From positions 102,178,001 through 102,242,000 of the forward strand of contig NC_087437.1 in the NCBI RefSeq assembly GCF_036321535.1: a stretch of DNA of 64,000 nucleotides. Direction: 5' to 3'. Numbering within the stretch: the first letter of the stretch is position 1; every line of letters begins with the position of its first letter. This document shows positions 1-13,755 of the stretch, in pieces. A program made the translations under genes and the position numbers. This DNA comes from Camelus dromedarius (Eukaryota). The notes under the pieces were generated by a model that was not told the DNA's origin, made no database searches, and was given only the letters and a program-made list of their open reading frames with translations.

Positions 1-304
1 AAGAAAAGGAGATTAAGGGGAGTCAGTGTCATACAGATAATGGAAATAACATTAGTACCTAAGAGAAATATGTTTTAAAAAAATTTAGTGGTCCAATGGT
101 GAAAATGGAGAACATTGCTGCTTAAAGGATACACAGAAGAAAAGGAACTCATGATGGAGGCAAACAATGACATGGAGAATTAGGAGGCCAATGACATCTG
201 AGAGGTGCAGAGATTTTTGATAAATTTAGTGACGGAGAATTCATTGAATTTATGGTGATAGAAACTTTATATATGTATAATATATATGTAAGTTATATAT
301 ATAT

Positions 305-755
305 ATTTTTATTGAAGTATAGTCAGTTTACAATGTTGTATCTGTTTCTGGTGTACAACACAATGCTTCAGTTATACATGAACATACATATATTCATTTT
401 CATATTCTTTTTCACCATCAAGTTACTACAAAGTATTGAATATAGGTCCCTGTGCTATACAGTATGAACTTGATGTTTATCTATTTTATATATATTAGTA
501 TCTGCAAATCTCGAACTCCCAAATTATCCTTTCCCACTCCCTTCCCCTGCTGGTAACCATAACTTTGTTTTCTATGTGAGTCTGCTTCTGTTTTGTAAGT
601 AAGTTCATTTGTCTTTTTTTTTTTTTTTTTTAGATTCCACATATAAGTAATATCATGTGGTACTTTTCTTTCTCTTTCTGGCTTACTTCATTTAGAATGA
701 CAATCTCCAGGTCCATCCATGTTGCTGCAAATGGTATTATTTTATTATTCTGATG
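305..755 (-). mobile_element. 5'-truncated LINE-1 3'UTR fragment (camelid/artiodactyl type)
   Basis: T-rich tail end 'tttttattgaagtatagtcagtttacaatgttg' followed by typical L1 3'UTR text (gattccacatataag, ggcttacttcatttagaatgacaatctccaggtccatccatgttgctgcaaatgg). Closely similar to the copy at 53401-54127. Confidence 0.9.
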
Positions 756-1189
756 GATTGCTGAAGAAATACGACATGAAAAGTTTTAATAATTTTGGTA
801 AATTGTGATTTGGAGAAAATCAAATTTATAGTAGAGAAAGAGAAATTAAATAATGTCCTATGACAACACAATATAAGAAGAAAAAGACACTAGGTTTGAT
901 CTAGGTTTAGTGATTTATATGATAGTTGTAGTTGAAGGGTAAAGTTAGAGTGCAGTACACAAATTTAGTCAGAGGAGGTGAGGAATTTCTTATCTTTCAG
1001 TGACACTTTAGAATCTATTCTTGAGACGCATAAAGGAAGGATATGGGAAAAAAAGTTAATGGATTTGAGCTTACAATTTGGAAATAGTTCTTGACTGAGA
1101 CTGTTAGTTATCCACAATTATTTATTTATCTTTCTCTCTCTCAACCTCTCAGTCACTCTCTCCTTCTCTCCTGGGCACATGGATTTTTA

Positions 1190-1510
1190 GCCTAATGTTC
1201 CATTCCTAAATCATGCTTGTTATCTGTGGCCATGTAACCAAGTCCAGGGCAGAGGTATGTGGATAGTACTGATATGTGCCATTTTGGTGCATGCTCTTAA
1301 AAGTGATACATACACACTCTTCTAGCCTTTTCTCCCTTCCTGTTTCTGAGAGATGTTGAAGACTGTTGCAACTTTCTTGGGCCTTGAGATGGAAGCTGCT
1401 CTCCCAGCTCTGAAACATGTCTGACACACAAAGCAACAGTAAACCTGTTTCTTGTTTAAGCCACAGTTAAAGGGGGCTACTTTGTAACAAAGGCACAACT
1501 CATACCCTTC
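1190..1510 (+). mobile_element. Degenerate MaLR (MLT1-like) LTR fragment
   Basis: Motifs 'ggccatgtaaccaagtcc', 'gatatgtgccatttt' and 'taaacctgtttcttgtttaagccac' resemble old MLT1 LTRs (recall only). Confidence 0.5.
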
Positions 1511-1850
1511 TGATAAAGTTCTCATAAGGGCAGGACATTTTGATAATTCCATTAAGGTATTTCTTACTAAAATGCACAGAAATCTAACATCTAAACTAGA
1601 TTAAAATGTTCAAATGTAAGTTGTATGTTCAACAATATAATGTTCACAATCCAGTACTGTCCTCCAGTATGGGTCGAAATACCCATGACTAACCTTATGT
1701 TGCAAAATTGCACAGAAGGTTTTAAATTAAAAAAATCAAATGGCCATCAATTCTGGGTTGGTGAGTATTCCACCGAGTATAATTGTTGTTTTAACTACTT
1801 TGTTTGAGTATTATTGAAGAATTTTAGTGATGACTTGAACAAAGAAATTT

Positions 1851-2020
1851 TTTAAAATAATTCATTTATTTTTATTTATTTATGATTGCATTCTTTAATT
1901 ATTTTTGGCAGGGGGAGGTAATTAGATTTATTTATTTTTAGTAGAGGTACTGGGGATTGAACCCAAGGACCTCATGCATGCTAAGCATGTGCTCCACCAC
2001 TTTGAGCTATACCCTCCCCC
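1851..2020 (-). mobile_element. Vic-1-type tRNA-derived SINE (camelid) with TSD
   Basis: The reverse complement reads ggggagggtatagctcaaagtggtggagcacatgcttagcatgcatgaggtccttgggttcaatcccc (A/B boxes) plus an A-rich tail. TSD ttgaacaaagaaattt at 1835-1850 and 2021-2036. Confidence 0.9.
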
Positions 2021-2699
2021 TTGAACAAAGAAATTTAAATAATCCCCAATTCCTTTTGTTTACATACATCCCCAATTCTCCAACGGAATTGCTAATCTTG
2101 ACTAGGTTCCTTTCAGTTGATTTGTCTCTCCCAAACCAAATCAAACCAAACACTATCACTCAGTTCTTGGCTCTTTTATATAAAATAAAAGTAATTACAC
2201 AGTATTTTAGAAAAGCAAAAGTTTTTACTGTTGCATATGTTACTTTCTTATTATATTTCAGGGTTTATGAAAGCTTTTATTATAAAAGTCTTTTTCAAGA
2301 TAGATTTTAACTGTGACAGTAATAGCAAAGAGAGGTTTGAGTTTTTAGAGAAGCCAATGAACTATGTGTATTGCAGCCTTTATGTAATACCATTTGTGTG
2401 AGTCAAGACTTTGTTAAGCATTTCTCAGTTTATTCTCCAGAGTGTACTGACCAGACTCTAATCTTGTGGAAAGGTAAATATAACTGAAGTGTTTGGAGAG
2501 GGGATGGGAAATCAGTGCCCAGAAAGAGCACTTAGCTATGTTTTTAACCATAAATGTCAAGGATCAGGGCTGTAAGTGTTTCTCTCTCTTTCTTGAAAGT
2601 GTTCTGAATTTGAACACCTTTCTTTTTCTTTCCTCTTAGGCTGTTGAATGAGAAGGGATGGGTGATGAACTGACCTTCCAGTGGCATTTATTGTCTTAA

Positions 2700-3060
2700 C
2701 ACATTTCCTTCTTTGAATAGTAGCCCATTGTATGTATATAGTTTCTCATTACATTCATGTGCAATGGCCTCCTATGTTTTTTAAGTTCTTTTACCCCATT
2801 AAATAAGGTTGCTACAAATTTATCCATGCTCAAGGAGTTCCTAACTGAAATATACTTCCAAGTGTGGGAGATGTCATGTAGCAGGTCTTCTTGGATTAAT
2901 TCTGTTCTAGTACTTTCTGTAATGCAAGGCGGTGGTTCTGGCCTTTCCGATCTTGGACAGAGATGGCAAATCATGCTTTTCAACAGTATGCCCTTAAAAA
3001 TGTTATCTGATACGTGGCTAAAATACATCATTGATGAGTTCCAGTATCATATTTCTAGGC
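2700..3060 (-). mobile_element. Ancient L1 (L1ME-like) 3' fragment
   Basis: Degenerate L1 3' motifs 'gaatagtagcccattgtatgtatata' and 'aataaggttgctacaaatttatccatg'. Confidence 0.45.
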
Positions 3061-3869
3061 TTGTTAATTCAGTAAATACTTTCTAAGAACTTCCATTAGC
3101 TATGTTACCATTTTTGGTTTTAGAATAATAAAAATAATTAATATGACCCACTACCCTCAGGAGTTAAATATCTATCAGGGATTCAAGGAATTGCTGACTT
3201 AACTGATTATCAGGAATTCAAGTAATCGCCAGGATACAGAACCAATATTAGGACCCCATCAAATATTGGACATGTTACCCTCATTCTTATGAAGCTAAAA
3301 AAGAACAAATTGAGAAAAAGCAAAAACAGTGACCACACAAAAGTGTAAAATGAGTCTTTATTCTGGAGTTCTGTTTCTAGTTTCCAATTCCTCATTAATT
3401 AAATGGTGACTATGTTTGGGTAGTGTGGTTAATGGGATAGGTTGATTTTTCACAAGAACCTAGTCCAGGGCTTCCTTAAACACATATTCACAAGTGCACT
3501 CAAATACAACCACATACTTACTTTACTTCTAATTTCTGAAACAAAATGAGAACTAGTACCACTGAGAATTAATGCAGATATATAAACATTCTCTCAGAAG
3601 CAGATTACTATAAAATGCAGGTAACGGTCCCCATGCCCCTTGCAGAAGAAGATAGCTGGGATTAATTCTGTCAGACTCCCTGGTAGCAGACCCATCTGTC
3701 ATGCTGTGTATTTCTGTCAAAACAGGTCATCACTCAAAAAATAAGCCTGCTTACCTATACTCTTCCTATATTCTCATTTTCATGACTGCTTTGTGATTTT
3801 CCTTCCATAAACCAATCTTATCTTCCCTCTAAAAGTCAGTCCTGCATTCTTTTACATTTTCTTAAAAAA

Positions 3870-6800
3870 ATTTTTTAGAGTATTTTAGGTTGACAACAAA
3901 ACTGAGGACAGTACGGATTTCCCCATACAGCCTGATCCAACACATGCAAAGCCTCCCTCATTATCAAATCACTCCCCAGGGTGGTGCTTTTTTTTTTTTT
4001 TTAAACTAAGAATGAATCAGTTCATCAAAATCACTTGAAGTCGGTGGTTTACCTTGGCGTTCACTCTTGGTGTTCTATGAGTTTGGACAAGTGTATAATG
4101 ACATATATCCATCCTTATAACATCAGAGTATTTTCGCTGCCCTAAAAGTCCTCTGTGCTCAGCCTATTCATTCATTCCCCCCAACCCCTGGCAATAACTA
4201 ATCTTTTTATTGTCTCTATAGTTTTGCCTTTTCCAGGATGGTGATGAAAGAGAGTGCTGAGAGGATCATCTTTGACTTGTTCCTGACTTTAGGGGGAAAG
4301 TTTTGAGTTTCTCTCCATTAACGATGGTATTAGCTGTGTTTTTTGTAGGCAGTTTTTATCAAGTTGAGAAAGTTCCTCTCTATTCCTAGTTTACTAAGAG
4401 GTTTTTATCATGAATGGGTGTTGGATTTTGTAAAATGTTTTTTCTCTATCTGTTGGTATATCCTGTGGTTTTTCTTTTTTTGTCTGTTGGTATGATAGAT
4501 GACGTTATTGAATTTTGAGTGTTGAACCAGCCTTGCATAGCTGGGGTAAATCCCATTTGGTCATGGTGTATAATTTTTCTTACACTTTTTGGGGATATGA
4601 AATGTTAACATTTTGAGAATTTTTGCATCTATGTTCATTAGAGATATTGGTCTGCAGTTTGCTTTTCCTGTAATGTCTTTATCTGGTTTGGGTATTAGAG
4701 TAATGCTGACTTCATAGAATGAATTAGAAAGTATTTCCTGTTTCTATACTCTGAAAGAGATTGTAGAGATTCATATAATTTCTTTCATAAATGTTTGAAA
4801 GAATTCCCTGGGAACCCATCTGGGCCTGGTGCTTTCTGTTTTAGAATGTTATTCATTATTGATTCAAGTTAATAGATACAGGCCTATTCGATTGTCTATG
4901 TCTTCTTGTGGGAGTTTTGACTGTATTTCAAGGAATTGGTTCATTTCACCTAGGTTATCAAATTTGTATACATAGAGTTCTTCATAGTATTATTTTATTG
5001 TCCACAGGATTTTTAGTGATGTCCCCAATTTCATTTGTGATATTAGTAATTTGAATCATCTTTTATTCTTCATTATCTTTAGAAGGGGCATGTCAATATG
5101 ATTAATCTTTTCAGAGAAACAACTTTTGGTTTCATTGATTTTCCATATTGATTTCCAGTTTCAACTTCATTGATTTCTGCTCTAATTCTTATTTCTTTAC
5201 TTCTGCTTATTTTGGATTTAATTTGTTGTTCTCTTTCTAATTTCCTAAGGTGGAAACAAAGATTATTGGCTTTAGATCCTTCTTCTTTTATACTATTAGC
5301 ATTCAGTACTATGAATTTCCCTGTAAACACTGCTTTCACTATATCCCACAAATAATTTTTTGTAAGTTGTGTCTTCATTTTCATTTAGTTCAAAATTTCT
5401 TGTAATTTCTTCTTTGACCCATGTGTTAGTTAGAAGTATATTGTTTAACCTGCACATATTTTGAGATTTTTCCAGTTACCTTTCTGCTGGATTTCTAATT
5501 TAGTTTCATTGTGGTCTGAAAACAGATATTATATAATTTGTATTATTTTAAATTTGTTAAGGTGAGTTTTATGGCCCAGAAAGTGGTCTATATATGTGAA
5601 TGTTCCATAGGAACTTGAGAAGAATATATACTTTGTTGTTGGATGAAATAGCATATAGATGTTAATATATCTTGTTAAGCGATGGTATTGTTGAATTCAA
5701 CCCCATCGTCACTGATTTTCTACCTGCTGGATCTGACCATTTCTGAGAGTGAGATATTGAAGACTCCAACTAACTATGGTAGTGGATTCATTTATTTCTC
5801 CTTGCATTTCTATCACTTTTGCCTCATGTAGTTTGACACTCTGTGCTTAGGTGCATACACATTAAGTACTGTTATATCTTCTTAGAGAGTTGACCCTTTT
5901 GTCATTCTTCATTCCTGATAACTCTCCTCAAATTGAAATCAGTTTTGTTTGAAATTAATATAGCTACCCCTGCTTTCTCATGATTAGTATTTGCATAGTG
6001 TATTTTTCTCCATCTGTTTACTTTTAACCTATGCATGTCTTTATATTTAAAGTGAGTTTCCTATAGACAACTGTAGTTGGGTCTTGGTGTTTTGGTTCAT
6101 TCTGACAATCTCTGTCTTTTAATTGATGCATTTAGACCATTGACATTCAAAGTGATTAGTGATATAGTAGTAGTTACTGTTTTCTATTTGCCCTTGTTCC
6201 TATTTTTGTCTTCCACCTTTGTTATGTATTCTGTTGTTCTAGTTGAGCATTTTATACAATTCCATTTCTTTCCTTTTCGGCATATTAGTTAATATATTTT
6301 TTAACTTTAGTGGTTACTTTAGGGTTCACGATATACATTTACAACTAATCTAAGTCCTCTGTCAAATAACACTGTACCACTTCACGAGTACTGTAAATAC
6401 CTTATAATACAAAATAATCCTAGTTCCTTCCTCACTTCCTTTTTATTATTGCTATTATTCATTTCATTTATATATAAGCATAAGTATATATGATATATAC
6501 ATAAGCATATATAATCAAATACATTGTTGCTAGTATTTTAACCAATTTTTATGTGAGATTAACTAAGAAAAAGAAAATTTTTATTTTATCTTCTCTTATT
6601 CCTTCTTTAATGTTCTCTTTTTCTTTACGTATATGTCAGTTTTTAACCTATATTATTTTCTTTCTCACTAAAAAACTTCTAATAGTTCTGTCAGCTAGGT
6701 CTACTGGCAACAAATTCCCTCAATTTTGTTTGAAAAAGTCTATTTCTCCTTACCCTTGAAGGATAATTTCACAAACAAAGAATTCTAATTTGGTGTTTTT

Positions 6801-8464
6801 TCCTTCTTCCTCTCAATCCCTTAACTATTTAATTCCACTCTCTTCTTGCTTGTATGGTTTCTAAGTAGTCAGATATAATTCTTATATTTGTTCCTCTATA
6901 ATTAAGATTTTTTAACCCCCTCTGGCTTCTTACAAGATTTTTTTTTTAATCTTTGATTTTTTGAAGTTTGAAAATTATACATTTAGGTGTTTTTTTTTGG
7001 CATTTAGCCAGTGTGCTGTTCCCTAGGGGTCCTGGACCTATGTTTTGGTGTCTGACATGAATTTAAGGAATTTCTCAGTAATTATTTCTTCAAATATTTC
7101 TTCTGTTCCTTTCTCTTTATTCTCCTTGTGTTCCCATTATGTGTGTTACACCTTATGGCATCTTTCCACAATCCTTGGATATTCTGTTCTGGTTTTGTTT
7201 TGTTTTGTTGATCTGTGTTCTCTTTTCTCTTTCTTCAGTTTTTGAGGAGTCTGTTGATATATCCTCCAGCTGATAGGTTCTTCCCTCAGCTAAGTTCAAT
7301 CTACTAGTAAGTCCTTCAGAGGAATTCTTCATGTCTGTTGCAGTATTTTGTTTTGTTGTTTTATCTTTAGTAATTCTTTTACATTCTTGGGACTTCTGTC
7401 TCTCTGCCTACATTTTCCATCTATTCTTGCATGCTGATTCATTTATTCATTAAAGTTCTTGGCATATTAATAACAGTTGTTTTAAATTGTGGTTTTTGCC
7501 TTTTGGCATACTTCCTAATTTTTTTTCTTTGAAAGCAGGACATAGCGTACTGGGTAAAAGGAACTGCTGTAAATAGGCATTTAGTGGTGTGGTGGTGAGG
7601 GGTGTTGGTAGAGGAGGTGCTCCCTGTCCCTGTGATCAGGGCTCAGTCTTCTGGATTGCCTGTGTCTCTGAACTGTTATCTCTGCAAGTTTCTCAGGACT
7701 TTTTCCTCCCCACTTATGTGGGAGTGAATTGCTAAGGTGGGCAGGGGTTGGGTATTTTCCCTCCCAAGGTCAGTCAGACTCTGATAAAACTCCAAATGTT
7801 AGGCTATGGCCAACTAGTTTCCCCTGAGGACAGGCCTGGTTAGGAAGAAAAAAAGAAACTTTGTTTTTAGACTGTACTTCAATTAAGAAAAAAAGAAGAA
7901 GAAGAAGAAGAAGAAGGAGAAGGAGAAGGAGAAGGAGAAGGAGAAGGAGAAGGCAAAGGCGAAGGCGAAGAACAGAGTGCTTGTGTGTCCTTCAAAATAA
8001 TCGCCTTTCCCCTCCCCCCTGTTAGAAGCCCGAAGGGATTTTTCTTTGATACTTACTGTGGGAGCATGGTCAATTTTCTGGAGATAAATCACACAATATT
8101 GTGCCCCTCATCCCCTGACCCCCAAGGCTAGATCGCCCTGGAGTTTTTAACTCTCAGAGTTGTCCAAACTGAACGTCTAGCAAGTCATCAATTACAGTTC
8201 AGGTTTTCTGTGCCAGCACTGCTTTCCACATCAGGTTCTGCTCATGAGTCCCTGCTCTGGTAAACCATATCTACTCCTACTTGTCTCTCTAATTTTGAGG
8301 GTAGTGATTTGCCCTCTGTCCTCCCCTCTTAAACATCCAAGAAGAGATGTAGATTTTTCAGTCTACTGAGCCTATTTTTCAGTCTATTCTGTCTCTTTAC
8401 TTATTGTTAGAACAGGGTGGCAAGTACCAAGCTTCTTACATGGAAGAATCAGAATCCAGATTCC
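3870..8464 (-). mobile_element. Old LINE-1 (L1MC-like), 3'UTR to 5'UTR with internal deletions
   Basis: L1MC-type 3'UTR (3870-4240) jumps into ORF2. ORF 5079-5384(-) translates to decayed ORF2 (NYLWDIVKAVFTGKFIVLNA..IRAEINEVE). ORF1-like region at about 6700-7500. L1MC-like 5' terminus 'gcttcttacatggaagaatcagaatccagattcc'. Confidence 0.85.
7884..7971. repeat. Compound purine repeat (GAA)n-(GAAGGA)n
   Basis: Seen directly, inside the L1. Confidence 0.95.
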
Positions 8465-8640
8465 AGATCCTTTTAATTTTAATCAAACGTTTGCATCTTC
8501 TTATCTGAAGCATAACATAGCTTTTTCTTGAGCTCACAGCTCCCATTTCAGCTTGCTCAAATGCAAATTGTAAAATAACCCATATGCAGCATGGGAGATA
8601 GCATTACTGTTATCTTCGATTTTCTTTCATTCAGTTTAAA

Positions 8641-8672
<32 letters not shown>

Positions 8673-8812
8673 TACCATCTTCTGAGGATCACATCTCTTG
8701 CTTTACCAATATTTATTCCTTGTTTCTTTTAACATCTGAGGCTGTTAAAAATGTTATCAATTTTGTTTCATTCTCCTCTCTATCTAAAATAGATATGCAC
8801 AATTTTGTCTGG

Positions 8813-8843
<31 letters not shown>

Positions 8844-9149
8844 CATTAGGTGAACAGAAAGCTTCACCCAGCTGGACTAAGACATGTAGGAATATAGAAA
8901 ACACATCTACACACATACCTCAAATATCTACCTACTACCTCAGTTCAGCACGTGTGTTACAATGCACACCCCTCCACGTGTGACATCGCTTTCATTCAAT
9001 TTCATACAACCCTCTGTCTGTGATTTCACAGTAAATCATAAGCTGTAACCATTTCAATACCCACTTCCACAAGCAAAAGACCTCTTCAGGTCTTTTCCAG
9101 CATAAAGGGGCATATTTATTGTAGCATTTGTTTTATTTGATTATTTGTT

Positions 9150-9226
9150 TGTTTTGTTTTATTTTGTTTTATTTTATTTTATTTTATTTTATTTTATTTT
9201 ATTTTATTTTATTTTATTTTATTTTA
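9150..9226. repeat. (TTTTA)n microsatellite
   Basis: Seen directly. (AAAAC)n tracts also occur at about 8642-8671 and 8813-8844. Confidence 0.95.
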
Positions 9227-10445
9227 CCATATGATGCATGTAGGCCTGTGCTACTGTCTTTTTAGGTGACCTTTTTTTTTTTTTAATATGTCACTGTCAG
9301 TTTTAGTGTTAACTTCATTTTATCCATAAGCCCTGTGTTTTTTATTGTGTGGTTTTTGCATAGTGGACTGATTTTTAAGAATTCATATTCCATATATCTC
9401 ATTATAGCAGAACTGAATGCATCTCATTTGGCAAATTCTTTTCTGGAAAATGAAGCTCCTAAGATATTCTGGGGGGAAAACTTACACTGTTACACATTTC
9501 TGACTTTCAGCTTCAAGCTGGACGAACATTCATGTTAAATTCAAATTCTTCTCTTCCCTACGCCCAACCCCATCAATTATCTTTTGTATTCTCAGAGGAT
9601 ATATTTCAATCTTTCTCTATAGTTTCAAATTTCATGTAGGAAAGTAAGCAATTCAAAGACAATAAACTTTAAGTGTAGTGAAAAAAAGAAACCACACCAG
9701 ATATTTGTGAGATTAGTTTACATTAAAAACAAAGAACCATGGGGTTTGGCCATGAAAAATGATTCATGAGAACAAGTAGGAAAATTTTTAGCTCTCTGGC
9801 TTGTGTGATTAGATAAATGTTACTAGAATTAATCAGTATATGAAAACTAAGAGGAGAGATTGCTTTTAGAAAATTTTGATAAACATAGTTTTGAATCTGA
9901 GGGGCATGTGGATCAGTATACAGGAAAAGATGGAGGTTGAAAATAGCTAAAAGAAAGTTAGTTTGGTCACCTGTTTGTGGATCATCAGTTTTAATATCAG
10001 AGAAACAAAACTGCTGAGAGAAAGGAGTCAGTGTGAAGGACAGATTTGTGGAATCAGGAAGAAAACAAATCTACAAAGAAGGAAAAATCGAAAGTGAGTA
10101 GAATCCAGAGGGATTACTCTACTTGGGCAGGATGAGAAGCATCCTCCACCTGGAATGTGGGGGCAGTGAAGGTGCAGGCACAATTGCAGTGGCAGAGGAA
10201 GAACCCAAAGTAGTTCTTTCCTGATGCATTCTCTCTTTCCCAAACTTAATTACCAATTTATTATAGCCCAGAAGCAATTGTCTACTATTTTCTTCTTTGC
10301 ACCCAAGGTAAAGAAAACAGCATGGAGGTCTTACATATTTCCTAATCACAACCTGTGCAAGTCAGCCAGCCAGCACTTGCACTGATGAAAAATGCTTCAT
10401 GCTGAGGTGTCTGTACAGATATACATATACCTCTATATCTATATA

Positions 10446-10575
10446 TAGTTGACCCTTGAACAGCATGGGGTCTGGGGGCAGTGATCCCCCTGCAGTTGGC
10501 AATCTGCATGTAACCTTCCAGTCAGCCCTCTGTATTCATGGTTCCACATCCACAGACACAGATTCAACCAAATAT
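10446..10575 (+). mobile_element. TcMar-Tigger (Tigger2/MER8-like) fragment
   Basis: Terminus 'tagttgacccttgaacagcatgggg' after TA, and 'cagtcagccctctgtattcatggttccacatccacag..gattcaacca'. Confidence 0.7.
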
Positions 10576-12077
10576 ACATACACATAATTCCATATACTGC
10601 CTTAAAATTCTTGAGTTCTCCAACATGAAAAAAAAAAAAACACGTGGTTAAGTAAAACCTGACTTTGAAGGGTGCTTTTATATGACAACCATTTTTTTTA
10701 ATTTTTTAAAAAAATTACTTGTTCCATTTTTTTTATAGCAACAACAAAAAAATGTACAAGCTTCTTAAAGAATGAAGACTTGTACTACCGCCTCATGGCC
10801 GTTGTTTCTTTATTTTTCCTCCTAGCTCCATAATATCCATTTCTGTGATGTGAAATAGCAACTAAATTATTTAGGAGAGAAGTGAGATCTCCATATATAG
10901 ATCCGTTTATTGAAAAACAACATTATATCAGCAATGAAGACATTTATGCATAGAGTGGGACATAATTCTTTTGATGGGGGATATTATTGTGGCCTTAAAC
11001 AGTTATATTGTGAAAAACAATTGCTTTAAGCAAGGTAGAAAATATCCATTTTTCAGCCCAACTGGGATAACATTTAAAAGAAAATTGTCTAAAACTATAA
11101 GATCATAATTTACTACAGCAAAATACTTATAGATATCTATCATGTGTTTATTTCTTTAGGAAGAAGATTAAAGTGAATAAATAATTTAATATAACAAATA
11201 CTTGGCACTTATAAATAGTATTATTATTTCTTGATAAGAAAGAATTACATAAGAATCTGTGTGTAATATTTTAGGTACCTCAGGACAAAATTGTCCTTCT
11301 AAGAAAACTTGCATTGCCCATACTTGACATAATTATACAACTCTGCCATGTTTCTTACATATGGCAAGCATTTATGAGGAACAGATAATGTAACTTGCTA
11401 GACAATATGAAGAAAAAAAAATATATCTTAGTTTTCTGAGCAAGCATGCCAATAAACAAGTGATTTTCTTATAAAAAGGTACTTGAGTTGAAATTCTGTT
11501 AAGGACACAGAACGACTATGAAAGACAAAATTACATAGCTGGGTGTATATGATAAATATAATTAAGGCCTGGATTTCACTAAGAAAAAAAATGTACAGAG
11601 TAATTTTGAATTAGGTTTATCTGAGTCACTGCTTCTCCCACTTTACTAGCTATCTGTTCTGAAATAAAATCGGATGAGAGAAGTAAAATCTAAACTGATG
11701 AAAAATGCTTTCATGCTTTTATAACTCCAAAATCATAACTTTCTATCAAGCCTGTGCATATGTTATGACATCATTCCTTAGCAAGAATCTCCCATTTGAA
11801 CATAAAGACAGGAAGTACCATGCTGTGACCTAACAAAAAGAGAACAAAAAAATAAAAATGTAGGAAAAAGAATGAAGATACAGGTTGGATGTGTTAATTA
11901 TTTTAGTTGCTAAATAGATCTGAGCAATGCATATTTTATGTCATCATACCTGATTGATCTTGACACAAGTAGTTAAAAGTTATGTGGTTTGTAGACTCTA
12001 ATATTAACAGACTTGAAAAATATTCTCACTAAAATTTTGTGACATACATACTTAAAATTACAGAAAAATAAGACAAG

Positions 12078-12091
12078 AGTGTGTGTATGTG

Positions 12092-12124
<33 letters not shown>

Positions 12125-12185
12125 ATCTCCTGTGCATATACACATACACACATACATATATGTGTACACATAAACACAATATATG
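12078..12185. repeat. Compound (TG)/(TA)/(CA) microsatellite
   Basis: Seen directly. Confidence 0.9.
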
Positions 12186-13303
12186 CATTTAAAGTAGCAA
12201 ATGGCATTATTAATTCCATTGAAGAATATTCAGTTAGGAATGGAACATAAATTATTCATCGTCAATTTTTGCAACTTTGTTACTCAGTGTATTGAAACAG
12301 ATACAGACATTCAAATGTTATATATTGTATATATAAATTGTATTATAAAATATATATTATATATAGTTAAATATTATACATATTATATATGGCACATAAT
12401 GTGGCAATTTGAAAGTGGTAGATATACTTTGAATATCTAAAGAACACATATGTAATTATTATTTTTTTCCTAGTAATTTAAATAGTAACTGGTATTCAGC
12501 ACTAACAAATTTATTACCATTATCATGGAGTACAAGGAAAGTTTAAGATAAAATTTTACACCCCTAATTTTTACATTTCAATTCCATAGACATAACTAAT
12601 GTACACAAAATAGGTGAAAAAAGGTAGCATTATCTACTGATTCAGGCAATTAGAGAGGAATTGAGTATATAAAAAAAATGTTAGACACGTCGAACTAACA
12701 ATGTAAAAAAAAGGTATAGAAGAATATGGGGCATGTTGAGTGGCTACTTTAAGAGGCACCTGAGCCAGGGTTGTGCCCAAAGTGACGTATGATGAGAATG
12801 AGAGCAGGATAAAATCAAATGGAGACAATGATATTGGTTAATTAACAGACTAACTTGTATACAGTATCAGAATTTATTTAAAAAATCACAGCATAAAAGC
12901 TGATTTTTTAAAGTGCATTAAAAAAAACAGAAGATTTTTTTCTCTGGTATACATAATGTTTGAACTGGTAGGCATTTCATGGCTGGGATGGAAAGCACTC
13001 CGTAGGTGTCAGCCAGCCTTAGTTTCATTCCTCAGCACAGTGCTTCCATTCCAAATCACCACTGCATCATCTAACATGCCTGCTGGACCTCTACCTCTAT
13101 GTTTGCATTCAAGGTCATATGCATGAGATGTATGGGAAATATTGCCCCCTCTGTTTAGGCAATGCTTCATGGAATTGTAATGCAATGTTTCACTTAAATC
13201 ATATTAATAGAATTTAATAATATAACCCAGCTACCTTCAAGAGAATTTAGAACATACAGCACACTGTGAGCTGGGTACACTTGAATGTGTTTATTACCAA
13301 GTA

Positions 13304-13755
13304 CAGTTGATTCTCATTAATTGCTATAGTTTTACTCTATAAAGTCACCACAAACCCTGAATTAGCAAATGCAGAACCACTGTTTCTAGGGAAAAAAAGA
13401 AAAAACAGGGTTAGGTTCCTGGGAGCCCCGAATCACAACATTTTCATCAACCCTTTAGTGTTTATGTGTGTTTCCATTTAAAGACGCTTTATTTAATATA
13501 TGTTGTTGATTCATTAACATTGAATTCACAGATAAGCTTAGTATAAGTCATGCCTGAAGAAAACATATCTAACAAACCTATTTTCTCTGTAAGGACAGCC
13601 CAGCCTTGTACTGGGAGCACTAGACACCACTTCAGCACTATACTGGGGGGCCACTTAAAATAGGAGAATCACTAAGAAAAGCACAAAAACACAAAAAAGC
13701 ATGGCACTGAATAGACCACAAAAAGGCTCCTTGCTGCTAAATGAGAGACCTGAAA
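13304..13755 (+). mobile_element. MER82 (TcMar-Tigger MITE), right end missing
   Basis: Starts TA|cagttgattctcatta and follows the recalled MER82 consensus (ctgaattagcaaat, cagggttaggttcctg, gttgattcattaacattgaa, cacttcagcacta, gcacaaaaa, atgagag.ctgaaa), then stops abruptly. Confidence 0.85.

Noticed and set aside
1950..2018. tRNA gene (also 22675-22744)
   Set aside because: The tRNA-like head belongs to a SINE with body, A-tail and TSD.
2600..2645. Polypyrimidine tract plus AG as a splice acceptor
   Set aside because: No open exon or donor follows. Such tracts are common in this T-rich sequence.
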